Shown here: piece after piece, positions 49,259 through 59,018 of the stretch
Layout of the letters: every line of letters starts with the position of its first letter
How positions within the stretch are numbered: position 1 is the stretch's first letter
Assembly: GCA_027064095.1 (NCBI GenBank)
Contig: JAMOQI010000032.1
Location: 25,316 to 89,315, forward strand
Source of the DNA: Bacteroidales bacterium
GTDB lineage: Bacteria > Bacteroidota > Bacteroidia > Bacteroidales > UBA1556
Length of the DNA stretch: 64,000 bases
Reading direction: 5' to 3'
Made by a program: the position numbers and the translations under genes
The notes under the pieces: generated by a model
Databases searched by the model: none
What the model was told of the DNA's origin: nothing
Seen by the model: the letters and a program-made list of their open reading frames with translations, nothing else

Positions 49259-49266
49259 TAAATTTG
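49259..49266 (+). promoter_or_regulatory. -7 promoter box (TAAATTTG) for pcm
   Basis: TAnnTTTG match 42 nt upstream of ATG 49308. Confidence 0.4.
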
Positions 49267-49307
49267 CCGATAATTAATAAATGATTGTTAATAATTTATT
49301 TTATTAA

Positions 49308-49958
49308 ATGATTGATTCATACAAACATAAGGGGATGCGTAAAGCATTAGTTAATGAAGTGCAGCAAAAAGGAATAAAGGATGCAGCTGTTTTAGAAGCC
49401 ATTGGAAAATTGCCCAGGCATCTTTTTTTAGATTCTTCCTTTGATAGATTCGCATATCAGGATGTAGCATTTCCGATAGGTTCCGGACAAACTATATCGC
49501 AGCCTTATACTGTAGCTTTTCAATCAGAATTACTTGAAATAAAAAAAGGAGAGAAAATATTGGAAGTGGGAACCGGTTCCGGTTATCAAGCTTGTGTGTT
49601 GGTAGAATTAGGAGCTAAAGTTTTTAGTATTGAGCGTCAGCGTAATTTGTATGAGAAAACTAAAAAATTTGTCCAAAAGCTGGGTTATAGAATGAATTTA
49701 TTCTATGGTGATGGTTATAAAGGCCTTCCAACCTATGGTCCTTTTGATAAAATAATTGTTACTGCCGGAGCTCCGGAAATTCCTAAGGAACTTTTAATTC
49801 AATTAAAAGTTGGAGGATGGATGGTAATCCCTATTGGTAACCAAGAAAAAGGACAGATAATGACTAAAATCACCAGAGTTTCGGAAAAAGAATTTGCTCA
49901 GAAGACATATGGTAATTTTGCTTTTGTTCCCATGTTGAAGAATCGTGCTGCGGATTAA
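49308..49958 (+). CDS. pcm: Protein-L-isoaspartate O-methyltransferase
   Basis: 216 aa. QTISQPY and the SAM motif EVGTGSGYQ. Confidence 0.93.
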   Translation: MIDSYKHKGMRKALVNEVQQKGIKDAAVLEAIGKLPRHLFLDSSFDRFAYQDVAFPIGSGQTISQPYTVAFQSELLEIKKGEKILEVGTGSGYQACVLVELGAKVFSIERQRNLYEKTKKFVQKLGYRMNLFYGDGYKGLPTYGPFDKIIVTAGAPEIPKELLIQLKVGGWMVIPIGNQEKGQIMTKITRVSEKEFAQKTYGNFAFVPMLKNRAAD

Positions 49959-49994
49959 TTATATTAGCCTGACAAAATGAAATTAACAGATACA

Positions 49995-50028
49995 AAAAAG
50001 GGTAGAATTTGCTTTCTACCCTTTTTTA
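49995..50028. terminator. Bidirectional rho-independent terminator between pcm and the carboxylase operon
   Basis: AAAAAAGGGTAGAA-TTTGCT-TTCTACCCTTTTTT: the stem is flanked by an A tract and a T tract. Confidence 0.7.
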
Positions 50029-50051
50029 TTATATTCGGATAATAAAATTAT

Positions 50052-51587
50052 CTATAAAGGAATATTTCCATGCTTTTTAGCTGGATTTTGTTCACTTTTG
50101 TTTTTAGTCATATCCAAAGCCTGAATAAGTTTTTTACGGGTATCGCGTGGAAGAATTATTTCATCGATATATCCCATTTCAGCAGCTTTGTATGGATTAG
50201 CAAAAGTGTCTTTATATTGTTCAACAGTATTTGTAAGGTCGTCACCTTCAAGGTTTCTGTAAAGAATATTTACAGCTCCGTCAGCACCCATAACTGCAAT
50301 TTCAGCAGAAGGATAAGCAAAGTTTACATCAGCACCGATATGTTTTGAGTTCATCACATCATAAGCTCCACCATAAGCTTTACGGGTAATTAGAGTAATT
50401 TTGGGTACTGTAGCTTCAGAGAATGCATATAAAAGCTTAGCGCCATGTTTTATAATTCCACCATATTCTTGTACTGTACCTGGTAAGAAACCAGGAACAT
50501 CTACTAGCGTAATTAATGGAATATTAAAAGCATCACAGAATCTGACGAAACGTGCAGCTTTAATACTTGAATCAATATCTAAAACACCTGCAAAGAAAGC
50601 TGGTTGATTGGCAACAAAACCTACAGTTCTTCCATCCATACGACCATAGCCAATAACGATATTTTGAGCATAATGCTCTTGTACTTCATAGAAATAATTA
50701 TTATCAACAACAGATTCAATAATTTCTTTTATATCATAAGGTTTGTTAGGGTCTGCAGGAACTAAATCATCTAATTTATTATCAACACGGTCTACAGGGT
50801 CGTTATTTTTAACAATAGGTGCAGAGTCTAAATTATTAGATGGTAAGAATGATAATAATTCTCTGATAGCCATTATGCTAGATTCATCATCTTCAGACAT
50901 AAAATGAGCCACACCACTCTTTGTATTATGTGTAACCGCACCACCTAATTCTTTTTTAGTTACTTCTTCATTGGTAACTGATTTTACTACATCTGGACCG
51001 GTAACAAACATATAGCTACTATCTTTCACCATAAAGATAAAATCTGTAAGGGCAGGAGAATAAACAGCACCACCGGCACAAGGACCTAAGATAGCAGAAA
51101 TCTGAGGGATAACACCGGAAGCCTTTGTATTTAACCAAAAGATATCTGCATAACCGGCAAGACTTTGGACTCCCTCTTGAATCCTGGCTCCACCAGAATC
51201 GTTTAATCCAATGATAGGAGCACCATTTTTCATTGCTAATTTGGTTACCTTTATAATTTTATCAGCATTGGTACGACTCAAAGAACCACCAAAAACAGTA
51301 AAATCTTGTGCATATAAATATATTAATCTGCCGCCAACTTTACCATAACCCGATACTACACCATCACCAAGAAATTTGTTTTTATCCATATCAAAATCAG
51401 TTGTTCTATGAACAACAAATTTGTCAAATTCTACAAACGTTCCGGGATCAACGAGTACATCTATTCTTTCTCTTGCAGTAAGTCTTCCTGCTTTATGTTG
51501 TTTCTCAATACGGGCAGCACCACCACCCAATTCAGCTTGCTTGTTTTTTTCTTCAAATAATTTATATTTATCTTGATTTGTCATCAT
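50052..51587 (-). CDS. Acyl-CoA carboxylase carboxyltransferase subunit (propionyl-CoA carboxylase beta / methylmalonyl-CoA carboxyltransferase family)
   Basis: 511 aa with full-length similarity to the PccB/MmdA family. Confidence 0.9.
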   Translation of the reverse strand: MMTNQDKYKLFEEKNKQAELGGGAARIEKQHKAGRLTARERIDVLVDPGTFVEFDKFVVHRTTDFDMDKNKFLGDGVVSGYGKVGGRLIYLYAQDFTVFGGSLSRTNADKIIKVTKLAMKNGAPIIGLNDSGGARIQEGVQSLAGYADIFWLNTKASGVIPQISAILGPCAGGAVYSPALTDFIFMVKDSSYMFVTGPDVVKSVTNEEVTKKELGGAVTHNTKSGVAHFMSEDDESSIMAIRELLSFLPSNNLDSAPIVKNNDPVDRVDNKLDDLVPADPNKPYDIKEIIESVVDNNYFYEVQEHYAQNIVIGYGRMDGRTVGFVANQPAFFAGVLDIDSSIKAARFVRFCDAFNIPLITLVDVPGFLPGTVQEYGGIIKHGAKLLYAFSEATVPKITLITRKAYGGAYDVMNSKHIGADVNFAYPSAEIAVMGADGAVNILYRNLEGDDLTNTVEQYKDTFANPYKAAEMGYIDEIILPRDTRKKLIQALDMTKNKSEQNPAKKHGNIPL

Positions 51588-51607
51588 AACTTCTTGTTTT
51601 TTAATAT

Positions 51608-52117
51608 TTATTCTACAATTACTAATGGTTGGTGACTATCTATATTATCGCCTTCGTTAACGCATACTTCAATGATTTTACGGTCTTTCTTAACTTTATA
51701 TTCACTTTCCATTTTCATGGCAGAAACAATTACAACCACATCACCGGATTTAACTTCATCACCTTCGTGAACCATTACTTTTACAACTTTACCGGGCATA
51801 GGTGACGAAATTATATTCTCATCATCATGGCCGGAACCTTTGCCTCTAGCCATTTGATATTTAGACTCGGCATCTATAACCGTAGTTTCGAATACTTCCA
51901 TCATTGTATTAACAACATAATCTTTGTTTTTGGCGCCATCTTGCACTTCTACATCAATAGATTTATTATTGTAAAGAAAAGAATAAATATTAGGTGTAAT
52001 ATTTTGTACATCAGCTTCAAAAATTTCACCGTCAATACTTAGTTTAATGTTATTTCCTTTGCGTTCTATAAGTTCTACTTCCGAAACTTTATCGCCTATT
52101 TTAATGTCAACTGTCAT
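51608..52117 (-). CDS. Biotin carboxyl carrier protein
   Basis: 169 aa. Biotinylation motif SAMKMES. Confidence 0.88.
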   Translation of the reverse strand: MTVDIKIGDKVSEVELIERKGNNIKLSIDGEIFEADVQNITPNIYSFLYNNKSIDVEVQDGAKNKDYVVNTMMEVFETTVIDAESKYQMARGKGSGHDDENIISSPMPGKVVKVMVHEGDEVKSGDVVVIVSAMKMESEYKVKKDRKIIEVCVNEGDNIDSHQPLVIVE

Positions 52118-52135
52118 ATTATAAAATTTTTGTTG

Positions 52136-53647
52136 TTAAAAACGCATTAAACTTTTACGTTTACCGAATGATTTCCATTCACTTGTATTACACTCTTCAG
52201 TATCTTCGTCTTTCTTAGCAACAGCATTATTATTCAAATAATGTATAAAAGAAGCCATTACGGCTAATTTGTCATGCTCTTCAGAATGAGATTCTTTTTG
52301 AATAAGATAATCGATATTTTTATCGATAAAAGCAGTACTATATTTACCCGAAGCAAAATCTTCAGATTCCATAATTCTATTTAAAAAACGAATATTGGTA
52401 CGTACACCACTAATTTTATAGCTATATAAAGCTCTCTTCATTCTTTCAATTGCTTGTTTTCTGTTTTTAGCAGTAACAATTAGTTTAGAAATCATTGGGT
52501 CATAATGAATAGGAATTTCATAATTGCTATATACATAACCATCTATTCTAATACCGGGGCCTTGAGGTGCTTGATGATTTTTAACTAATCCTGGACTAGG
52601 CATAAAGTTAGAACATGGATCTTCAGCATAAACTCTGGCTTCTATTGAATGTCCTTGTTGAAACAAGTCTTCCTGTTTATATTCAATTTCCATTCCTGCT
52701 GCAACCTGAATTTGTTGTCTAACTAAATCAACTCTAGTAACTTGTTCTGTAATTGGATGTTCAACTTGCAAACGAGTATTCATTTCTAAGAAGTAATAAT
52801 TTAAATCATCATCAACAAGAAATTCAACCGTACCAGCCCCAACATAATTAACAGCTTTTGCTGCCATTACTGCTTGCTTGCCCATAATAGCTCTAAGTTC
52901 AGGTGTCATTAGTGGTGAAGGAGTTTCTTCAATTACCTTTTGATGACGACGTTGCACGGAGCATTCTCTTTCAAAAAGATGAATTACATTACCATGAGAA
53001 TCTCCTAGTACTTGAAATTCGATATGGTGAGGATTTTCCACAAATTTTTCTACATAAACAGTGTCGTCACCAAAGCCTGCAAGAGCTTCACTTTTAGCTG
53101 CTCTAACACCGGATATGATATCTTTCTCTTCTCTAACGAGTCTCATTCCTTTACCTCCACCACCGGCAGATGCTTTTATCATAACAGGAAGACCAACTTC
53201 TTTTACAATACGGATTGCGTCTTCGTCATTTTCAATATTTTCTTTTGTGCCGGGAACAACTTGTACTCCTGCTGCAATCATTTTCTTACGAGCAGAAATT
53301 TTATCTCCCATTACTGAAATAACATCGGAAGTAGGACCTATAAAAATAATTCCTTCTTCTCTACATCTATCAGAAAAGGTTGCGTTCTCGCTTAAAAAAC
53401 CATATCCCGGATGAATTGCATCAGCACCGGATTTTTTGGCGACATCAATAATAGTATCAATTACTAAGTAACTTTCTGCTGATGCAGCAGGGCCGATAAA
53501 GTAAGCTTCATCAGCTAATCGTACGTGTTGTGAATTGCGGTCTGCTTCCGAAAATACGGCAACGCTTTTAATTCCCATTTCTCGACAAGTGTGCATTACT
53601 CGTATTGCTATTTCACCACGATTTGCAATTAGAATCTTTTTAATCAT
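52136..53647 (-). CDS. accC: Biotin carboxylase subunit (AccC-like)
   Basis: 503 aa. ATP-grasp fold, GGGGKGMR, EMNTRLQVEH. Confidence 0.93.
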   Translation of the reverse strand: MIKKILIANRGEIAIRVMHTCREMGIKSVAVFSEADRNSQHVRLADEAYFIGPAASAESYLVIDTIIDVAKKSGADAIHPGYGFLSENATFSDRCREEGIIFIGPTSDVISVMGDKISARKKMIAAGVQVVPGTKENIENDEDAIRIVKEVGLPVMIKASAGGGGKGMRLVREEKDIISGVRAAKSEALAGFGDDTVYVEKFVENPHHIEFQVLGDSHGNVIHLFERECSVQRRHQKVIEETPSPLMTPELRAIMGKQAVMAAKAVNYVGAGTVEFLVDDDLNYYFLEMNTRLQVEHPITEQVTRVDLVRQQIQVAAGMEIEYKQEDLFQQGHSIEARVYAEDPCSNFMPSPGLVKNHQAPQGPGIRIDGYVYSNYEIPIHYDPMISKLIVTAKNRKQAIERMKRALYSYKISGVRTNIRFLNRIMESEDFASGKYSTAFIDKNIDYLIQKESHSEEHDKLAVMASFIHYLNNNAVAKKDEDTEECNTSEWKSFGKRKSLMRF

Positions 53648-53807
53648 AAAATGATAATTTGATTTATATAAAGTCTGTGTTTTTAATGATTTAATTTAAA
53701 TGTTTTACAATAGAAGATTTATTTTGATTTTAAAATAATAATCAAAATCTTTTGCAAATACCATATTATAATCAAAAATGAATTTTAGATAATAAAATGT
53801 TTTTGCA

Positions 53808-53836
53808 TTAAAATTGGCTGTTATATTTACAGCCAA
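53808..53836 (-). terminator. Candidate terminator about 200 nt downstream of ppk2
   Basis: The - strand reads TTGGCTGT-AAATATA-ACAGCCAA followed by TTTTAAT. Confidence 0.35.
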
Positions 53837-54039
53837 GTCTTCCCCTAAATTGAAGTGGTAAAAATAGTAAGAATTATTTTGTTGTCAAGGGTAATATAAT
53901 TTTGTTCTTAAGAATATGAGATACAATAAGTAAGTAATAAAAATGAGATGCTTGCGTACTATTATTACTTTATTAATATAGTAATTTTATGACATACTTG
54001 TTTTAAACTATAATCATTTATTAAAATAGTAAAATCAAA

Positions 54040-54855
54040 CTAATCATTTTTATAATGATCAGGAATTAAGCTTTGTTCTTGTATTGGAGGACGAACATAT
54101 CCACCTGAGTGTTTGCGTGGAGGTAATTTAAGAGGTTCCGGCGTTAAATCTTCGTATTTTATAAGTGAAAGTAAATGTTTTATTGTGTTTAATCGGGCTT
54201 TCTTTTTATCGTCAGCATTAACAACATACCAAGGACATATTTTAGTATCGGTATAGTTAAACATTTCATCTTTAGCTTTTGAGTAATTTATCCATCGAGC
54301 TCTGGATTCTAAGTCCATAGGACTAAGTTTCCAGCGTTTTGTCGGGTCTTTAAGTCTTGATTGAAATCTTTTTTCTTGCTCTTCTTCACTTACTGAAAAC
54401 CAATACTTTATAAGAATAATACCACTACGAATCAGCATTCTTTCATAATTTGGACAAGCTCTAAGAAAATCCCAATATTCTTCATCGGTGCAGAAGCCCA
54501 TAACTTTTTCTACTCCTGCTCTATTATACCACGATCTATCAAATAAAACCATTTCACCGGCTGCAGGTAAATGCGGAACGTATCGTTGAAAATACCATTG
54601 TGTTTTTTCTTTCTCGGTAGGTGTACCTAAAGCTACTACACGGCAAATTCTTGGATTTAATTTTTCGGTAATTCGTTTTATCACTCCTCCTTTGCCGGCA
54701 GCATCTCTTCCTTCAAAAAGGATTACTACTTTTAAGCCTTTTGCTTTAATCCATTCCTGAAGTTTAACAAGTTCTATTTGTAAATTTGCTAGTTCTGATT
54801 CATAAAAAGAAGACTTTAGTTTTCCATTTTGCTTAAAAATATTTTTATGATTCAT
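54040..54855 (-). CDS. ppk2: Polyphosphate kinase 2
   Basis: 271 aa. FEGRDAAGKGG Walker-A-like motif and full-length PPK2 pattern. Confidence 0.92.
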   Translation of the reverse strand: MNHKNIFKQNGKLKSSFYESELANLQIELVKLQEWIKAKGLKVVILFEGRDAAGKGGVIKRITEKLNPRICRVVALGTPTEKEKTQWYFQRYVPHLPAAGEMVLFDRSWYNRAGVEKVMGFCTDEEYWDFLRACPNYERMLIRSGIILIKYWFSVSEEEQEKRFQSRLKDPTKRWKLSPMDLESRARWINYSKAKDEMFNYTDTKICPWYVVNADDKKKARLNTIKHLLSLIKYEDLTPEPLKLPPRKHSGGYVRPPIQEQSLIPDHYKND

Positions 54856-54920
54856 ATTATAGTGACATTTAAATGTTTAGAAGCGAAAATACTAAAAAAA
54901 ACGACGAAAGTCAAGATAAA

Positions 54921-55044
54921 TTAGCTTACATTATTCATACAAAAGCAAAGCGAATAGTGTGAATAAGTAATGAATAGTAAAATAGCAATACTAGTTTCCG
55001 AAACAAGTTTGGATCAGGATTATTTGTGAATATATCCAGACTAA
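54921..55044. mobile_element. MITE-like repeat, copy E (124 bp)
   Basis: The left end is TTAGCTTACATTATTCATACAA, with the hairpin CATTATTCATACAA-AAGCAAAGCGAA-TAGTGTGAATAAG. The right end is ATTATTTGTGAATATATCCAGACTAA. Confidence 0.7.
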
Positions 55045-55084
55045 ATAAATGTTATAGTAAGTTGATTTTAAATTTGTTTTTTAG

Positions 55085-55119
55085 AAAAAAACCGTCATCT
55101 CACAATGAGATGACGGTTT
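55085..55119 (-). terminator. Rho-independent terminator of the ALDH gene
   Basis: The - strand reads CCGTCATCTCA-TTG-TGAGATGACGG followed by TTTTTTT: an 11-bp perfect stem. Confidence 0.8.
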
Positions 55120-55141
55120 GATATTTATAAAATAAAAAATT

Positions 55142-56689
55142 CTAAAGATCAAATTTAATTCCTTGTGCTAAAGGTAATTCTACACCATAGTTTACTGTGG
55201 AAGTTTGACGACGCATATAAACTTTCCATGCATCAGAACCAGACTCACGTCCTCCACCAGTGTCTTTTTCACCACCAAATGCTCCGCCAATCTCAGCTCC
55301 GGAAGTGCCAACATTTACGTTAGCAATACCACAATCAGAACCGGCAGCAGAAGTAAATAATTCAGCCTCACGAACATTATCAGTAAAGATACAAGAAGAT
55401 AAACCTTGAGGTACATCGTTCTGAATTTCAATAGCATTCATTACATCACCGCTATATTTAATAAGGTAAACAATAGGAGCGAAAGTTTCTTCTTGTACAA
55501 TTTTGAAGTCATTTTTAGCCTCAGCAATACATGGCATAACATAGTTGCCAGATTCGAAGCCTTCGCCTTCAAGAACTTTACCGCCAAATAAAATTTTTCC
55601 TCCCTCTTCCTCTACTTTAGCAACAGCATTTTGGAATAGTTCAACAGAGAATTTGTCGATAAGTGGTCCTACTAAGAAACTTTCGTCTAAAGGATTACCA
55701 ATTTTATTTTCAATTTTGTGATAAGCTGCGATCATTTTATCACGTACTTCATCATAAATATCTTCGTGGATAATAATTCTACGAGTAGTTGTACAACGCT
55801 GACCGGCTGTTCCAACAGTTCCAAATACGGTAGAAGTAATTGCCATAGGAATATTAGCGTTAGGAGTCATAATAACAGCATTATTACCGCCTAATTCTAA
55901 AATGGTTTTACCAAGACGTTTTCCGACTATTCCACCGACACGTTTTCCAACAGCAGTAGAACCTGTTACCGACATTAGATTTACACGCTTGTCAGCTAAG
56001 AAGTTATCACCCATTACTGAGGATTTAGCGATAATTAAATTAAAGACTCCTTCAGGTACATTATTTTCTTTAAGAACATCAGCAATAATTTTTTGGGTAG
56101 CAATAGCTGTTAGAGGTGTTTTTGAACTAGGTTTCCAAACAACAACATCGCCGGCAGCAATTGCAAGAGCTGAATTCCAAGCCCAAACTGCCACAGGAAA
56201 ATTATAAGAAGTTACGATACCTACAATACCAAGAGGCTGATACTGTTCCATAAGGCGATGCTGTGGACGCTCACTTTGTAGAGAAACGCCATTCATTAAG
56301 CGTGCCTGACCAACAGCAAAATCACAAATATCAATCATTTCTTGTACTTCTCCTAGACCTTCTTGGTATATTTTACCCATTTCGTAGGTAACTAAAGCAC
56401 CAAGTTCGTTTTTATATTTTCTTAATTGAAGACCAATTTGACGAACCAATTCTCCACGAATAGGAGCAGGTACTAATCGCCATTTTTTAAATGCTTCTTG
56501 AGCTTTTTTTATTACCATTTCGTAATCGTCAAGAGTACCATTTTTTACTTTTCCAATTTCTTTTCCATCGATAGGAGAGAAAGAAGATGTAGTTGCGCCT
56601 TTGGTGTCAAACCATTCAACTCCTGTAGAAACGCCGGCATTAATTTCACTAACACCTAATGTTTCCATTACTTTTTTAATATCAATCAT
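55142..56689 (-). CDS. Aldehyde dehydrogenase, ALDH7-like (probable piperideine-6-carboxylate / alpha-aminoadipic semialdehyde dehydrogenase)
   Basis: 515 aa. ALDH blocks ELGGNN and GQRCTT (catalytic Cys). The overall pattern resembles antiquitin-type enzymes. Confidence 0.75.
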   Translation of the reverse strand: MIDIKKVMETLGVSEINAGVSTGVEWFDTKGATTSSFSPIDGKEIGKVKNGTLDDYEMVIKKAQEAFKKWRLVPAPIRGELVRQIGLQLRKYKNELGALVTYEMGKIYQEGLGEVQEMIDICDFAVGQARLMNGVSLQSERPQHRLMEQYQPLGIVGIVTSYNFPVAVWAWNSALAIAAGDVVVWKPSSKTPLTAIATQKIIADVLKENNVPEGVFNLIIAKSSVMGDNFLADKRVNLMSVTGSTAVGKRVGGIVGKRLGKTILELGGNNAVIMTPNANIPMAITSTVFGTVGTAGQRCTTTRRIIIHEDIYDEVRDKMIAAYHKIENKIGNPLDESFLVGPLIDKFSVELFQNAVAKVEEEGGKILFGGKVLEGEGFESGNYVMPCIAEAKNDFKIVQEETFAPIVYLIKYSGDVMNAIEIQNDVPQGLSSCIFTDNVREAELFTSAAGSDCGIANVNVGTSGAEIGGAFGGEKDTGGGRESGSDAWKVYMRRQTSTVNYGVELPLAQGIKFDL

Positions 56690-56714
56690 AGTTTTATGTT
56701 ATTTTATAACAATT

Positions 56715-56750
56715 AAAAAAAGTCCCATTGCGTATATGTATGGGACTTTT
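56715..56750 (-). terminator. Rho-independent terminator of pruA
   Basis: The - strand reads AAAGTCCCA-(13-nt loop)-TGGGACTTT followed by TTTT. Confidence 0.65.
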
Positions 56751-56763
56751 ATATATTTAAAAT

Positions 56764-58395
56764 TTATTCTTTATCTAAAAATGGGTAACGATAGTTTGTT
56801 GGAGCTACAAAAGTTTCTTTTATAGTACGAGGGTTTGTCCAACGAACTAAGTTTAAATAACTTCCCGCCTTATCGTTAGTTCCACTACCACGAGCACCAC
56901 CAAATGGTTGTTGGTCAACAACAGCACCGGTTGGTTTATCGTTTAAGTAGAAATTACCAGCAGAATAACGTAAAGCATTATAACCTTCGAGAAGTTTTTC
57001 TCTGTCTTGAGCAAAAATTGCTCCTGTTAAGGCATAAGGAGAAGTTGTATTACAAAGCTCTAAAGCTTCAGCATATTTATCATCATCATATACATAAATT
57101 GTAATTACAGGGCCGAATATTTCTTCTTCCATGGTTACAAAATGAGGATCAGTTACTTTGATAACTGTAGGCTCAACAAAATATCCTTTAGATTTATCTA
57201 CACCACCGCCAATAATAATTTCTGCACTATTGCTATCTTTAGCCATTTGTATGTAATTAGCAATAGAATCAAAAGCAGCTTCATCAATTACTGCATTCAT
57301 AAAATGACTGAAATCTATAACATCACCTACGGTAAATTCTGCAACATCATCTTTTATTCTTGATTCAATGGTTGGCCATAGTGAAGCAGGAATATAAGCT
57401 CTGGAAGCAGCAGAACATTTTTGTCCTTGATATTCGAATGCACCTCTTGTAATAGCAACAGAAACAATTTCCGGATCAGCAGAACTGTGAGCAAAAATAA
57501 AATCTTTACCACCTGTTTCTCCAACGATACGAGGATATGATTTGTATTTAGTAATATTTTTACCAATTATTTTCCAAAATTGTTGGAAAGTGTTAGTAGA
57601 ACCGGTGAAGTGAATTCCTCCTAATTCAGGACTGTTAAAGATAACATTACCAATAGTAGAACCTTTACCGGGAACAAAGTTGATAACACCGTCAGGTAAA
57701 CCAGCTTCTTTAAAAATCTTCATCAACCAGTAGTTTGAGAAAATAGCTGTAGTTGCAGGTTTCCATACTGTTACATTACCCATTAAAACTGGAGCCATAT
57801 TAAGGTTAGAGGCAATTGAAGTAAAGTTAAATGGACTAAGTGCAAATACAAAACCTTCTAAAGGACGATACTCCAAACGGTTGATTACACCAGTAGAGCT
57901 ATTAGGTTGTTGAGCATATATTTGAGAAGCATAAGCAGCATTGAAGCGGAAGAAATCAATAGTTTCGCATGCAGCGTCAATTTCTGCCTGGAATGGATTT
58001 TTACCTTGTCCTAACATTGTAGCTGCATTAATTGTAGATCGGTATTTTGTAGCTAGTAATTCAGCAACTTTTAATGTTATTGATGCTCTTTCTATCCAAG
58101 GCATTTCTTCCCAGGATTTTTTTGCTTTCATAGCAGCATCTATTGCCATTTGTACGTGTTCCGGACTAGCTTTATGGTATGTTGCTAATACATGACCGTG
58201 GTCGGTAGGCATTACAACTTTTCCTGTATCACCGGTAAAAATTTCTTTTCCTCCAATAATTAAAGGAATTTCTATCTCTTGTGATTTGAACTCTTCAAGC
58301 TTAGCTTTGAGTTCAATTCTCTCAGGACTACCTGGAGCATAGCTTTTTATAGGCTCATTCTGAGGATGAGGAAAGCTAAATATTGCATTATTCAT
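56764..58395 (-). CDS. pruA: L-glutamate gamma-semialdehyde (1-pyrroline-5-carboxylate) dehydrogenase
   Basis: 543 aa. ALDH family, ETGGKD and GQKCSA blocks, length and termini typical of PruA/RocA. Confidence 0.88.
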   Translation of the reverse strand: MNNAIFSFPHPQNEPIKSYAPGSPERIELKAKLEEFKSQEIEIPLIIGGKEIFTGDTGKVVMPTDHGHVLATYHKASPEHVQMAIDAAMKAKKSWEEMPWIERASITLKVAELLATKYRSTINAATMLGQGKNPFQAEIDAACETIDFFRFNAAYASQIYAQQPNSSTGVINRLEYRPLEGFVFALSPFNFTSIASNLNMAPVLMGNVTVWKPATTAIFSNYWLMKIFKEAGLPDGVINFVPGKGSTIGNVIFNSPELGGIHFTGSTNTFQQFWKIIGKNITKYKSYPRIVGETGGKDFIFAHSSADPEIVSVAITRGAFEYQGQKCSAASRAYIPASLWPTIESRIKDDVAEFTVGDVIDFSHFMNAVIDEAAFDSIANYIQMAKDSNSAEIIIGGGVDKSKGYFVEPTVIKVTDPHFVTMEEEIFGPVITIYVYDDDKYAEALELCNTTSPYALTGAIFAQDREKLLEGYNALRYSAGNFYLNDKPTGAVVDQQPFGGARGSGTNDKAGSYLNLVRWTNPRTIKETFVAPTNYRYPFLDKE

Positions 58396-58441
58396 AACAG
58401 TAATTTTAATTGTTTATTCTATTCAAGATTATATGGGTTTG

Positions 58442-58449
58442 CAAAGGTA
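58442..58449 (-). promoter_or_regulatory. -7 promoter box (TACCTTTG on - strand) for pruA
   Basis: TAnnTTTG match 47 nt upstream of ATG 58395. Confidence 0.45.
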
Positions 58450-58554
58450 GTAATTCCCATTAGCATATTACCTTATAATGTAAAAATTTAGTTAATTTTA
58501 TATTGATTTTTATCAAATATAAAATTCTAAAATTATTTTGTTAATTAGATTGAT

Positions 58555-58812
58555 TTAATTCAATTTATCTACATCTATTTTCTTTTCAAAACCCACGTTT
58601 TCATCAGGATTATCTGCTAATACTTGTAGTTCTTTTACAAATCTCTCAATATCTTTGTTGGTAAAACCTTTTTCTTCAGCAGCTTCTTCTAAACTTCCCC
58701 AAATTGGTTCACCACACACAATGCAGCGGATTCCTTCTTTCATTAAATAGCCTACAGAAGCAGGAACTTCTTCTATCAATTCTTCTATGCTAATATCTTT
58801 ATTTATTGTCAT
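58555..58812 (-). CDS. DUF1858 domain protein (hybrid-cluster-protein-associated redox disulfide type)
   Basis: 85 aa. IEELIEEVPASVGYLMKEGIRCIVCGEPIWGSLEEAA. Confidence 0.7.
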   Translation of the reverse strand: MTINKDISIEELIEEVPASVGYLMKEGIRCIVCGEPIWGSLEEAAEEKGFTNKDIERFVKELQVLADNPDENVGFEKKIDVDKLN

Positions 58813-59018
58813 TTGTATTTAGTTTTAAATAAATATTAATATATTACAAAATTATAGTAATTTCTTATATAATTCTCATTTTTAACTTTTCTAAAAGTAC
58901 ATTGTTAATAAACCTGTTATTTTAACATTTACATAATATAATAATAGAATAATTTAGCATATAATTTAATTGGTATTTTTATACCAACAGTTTGGAAAGA
59001 GTAAAACCATAGAACGCA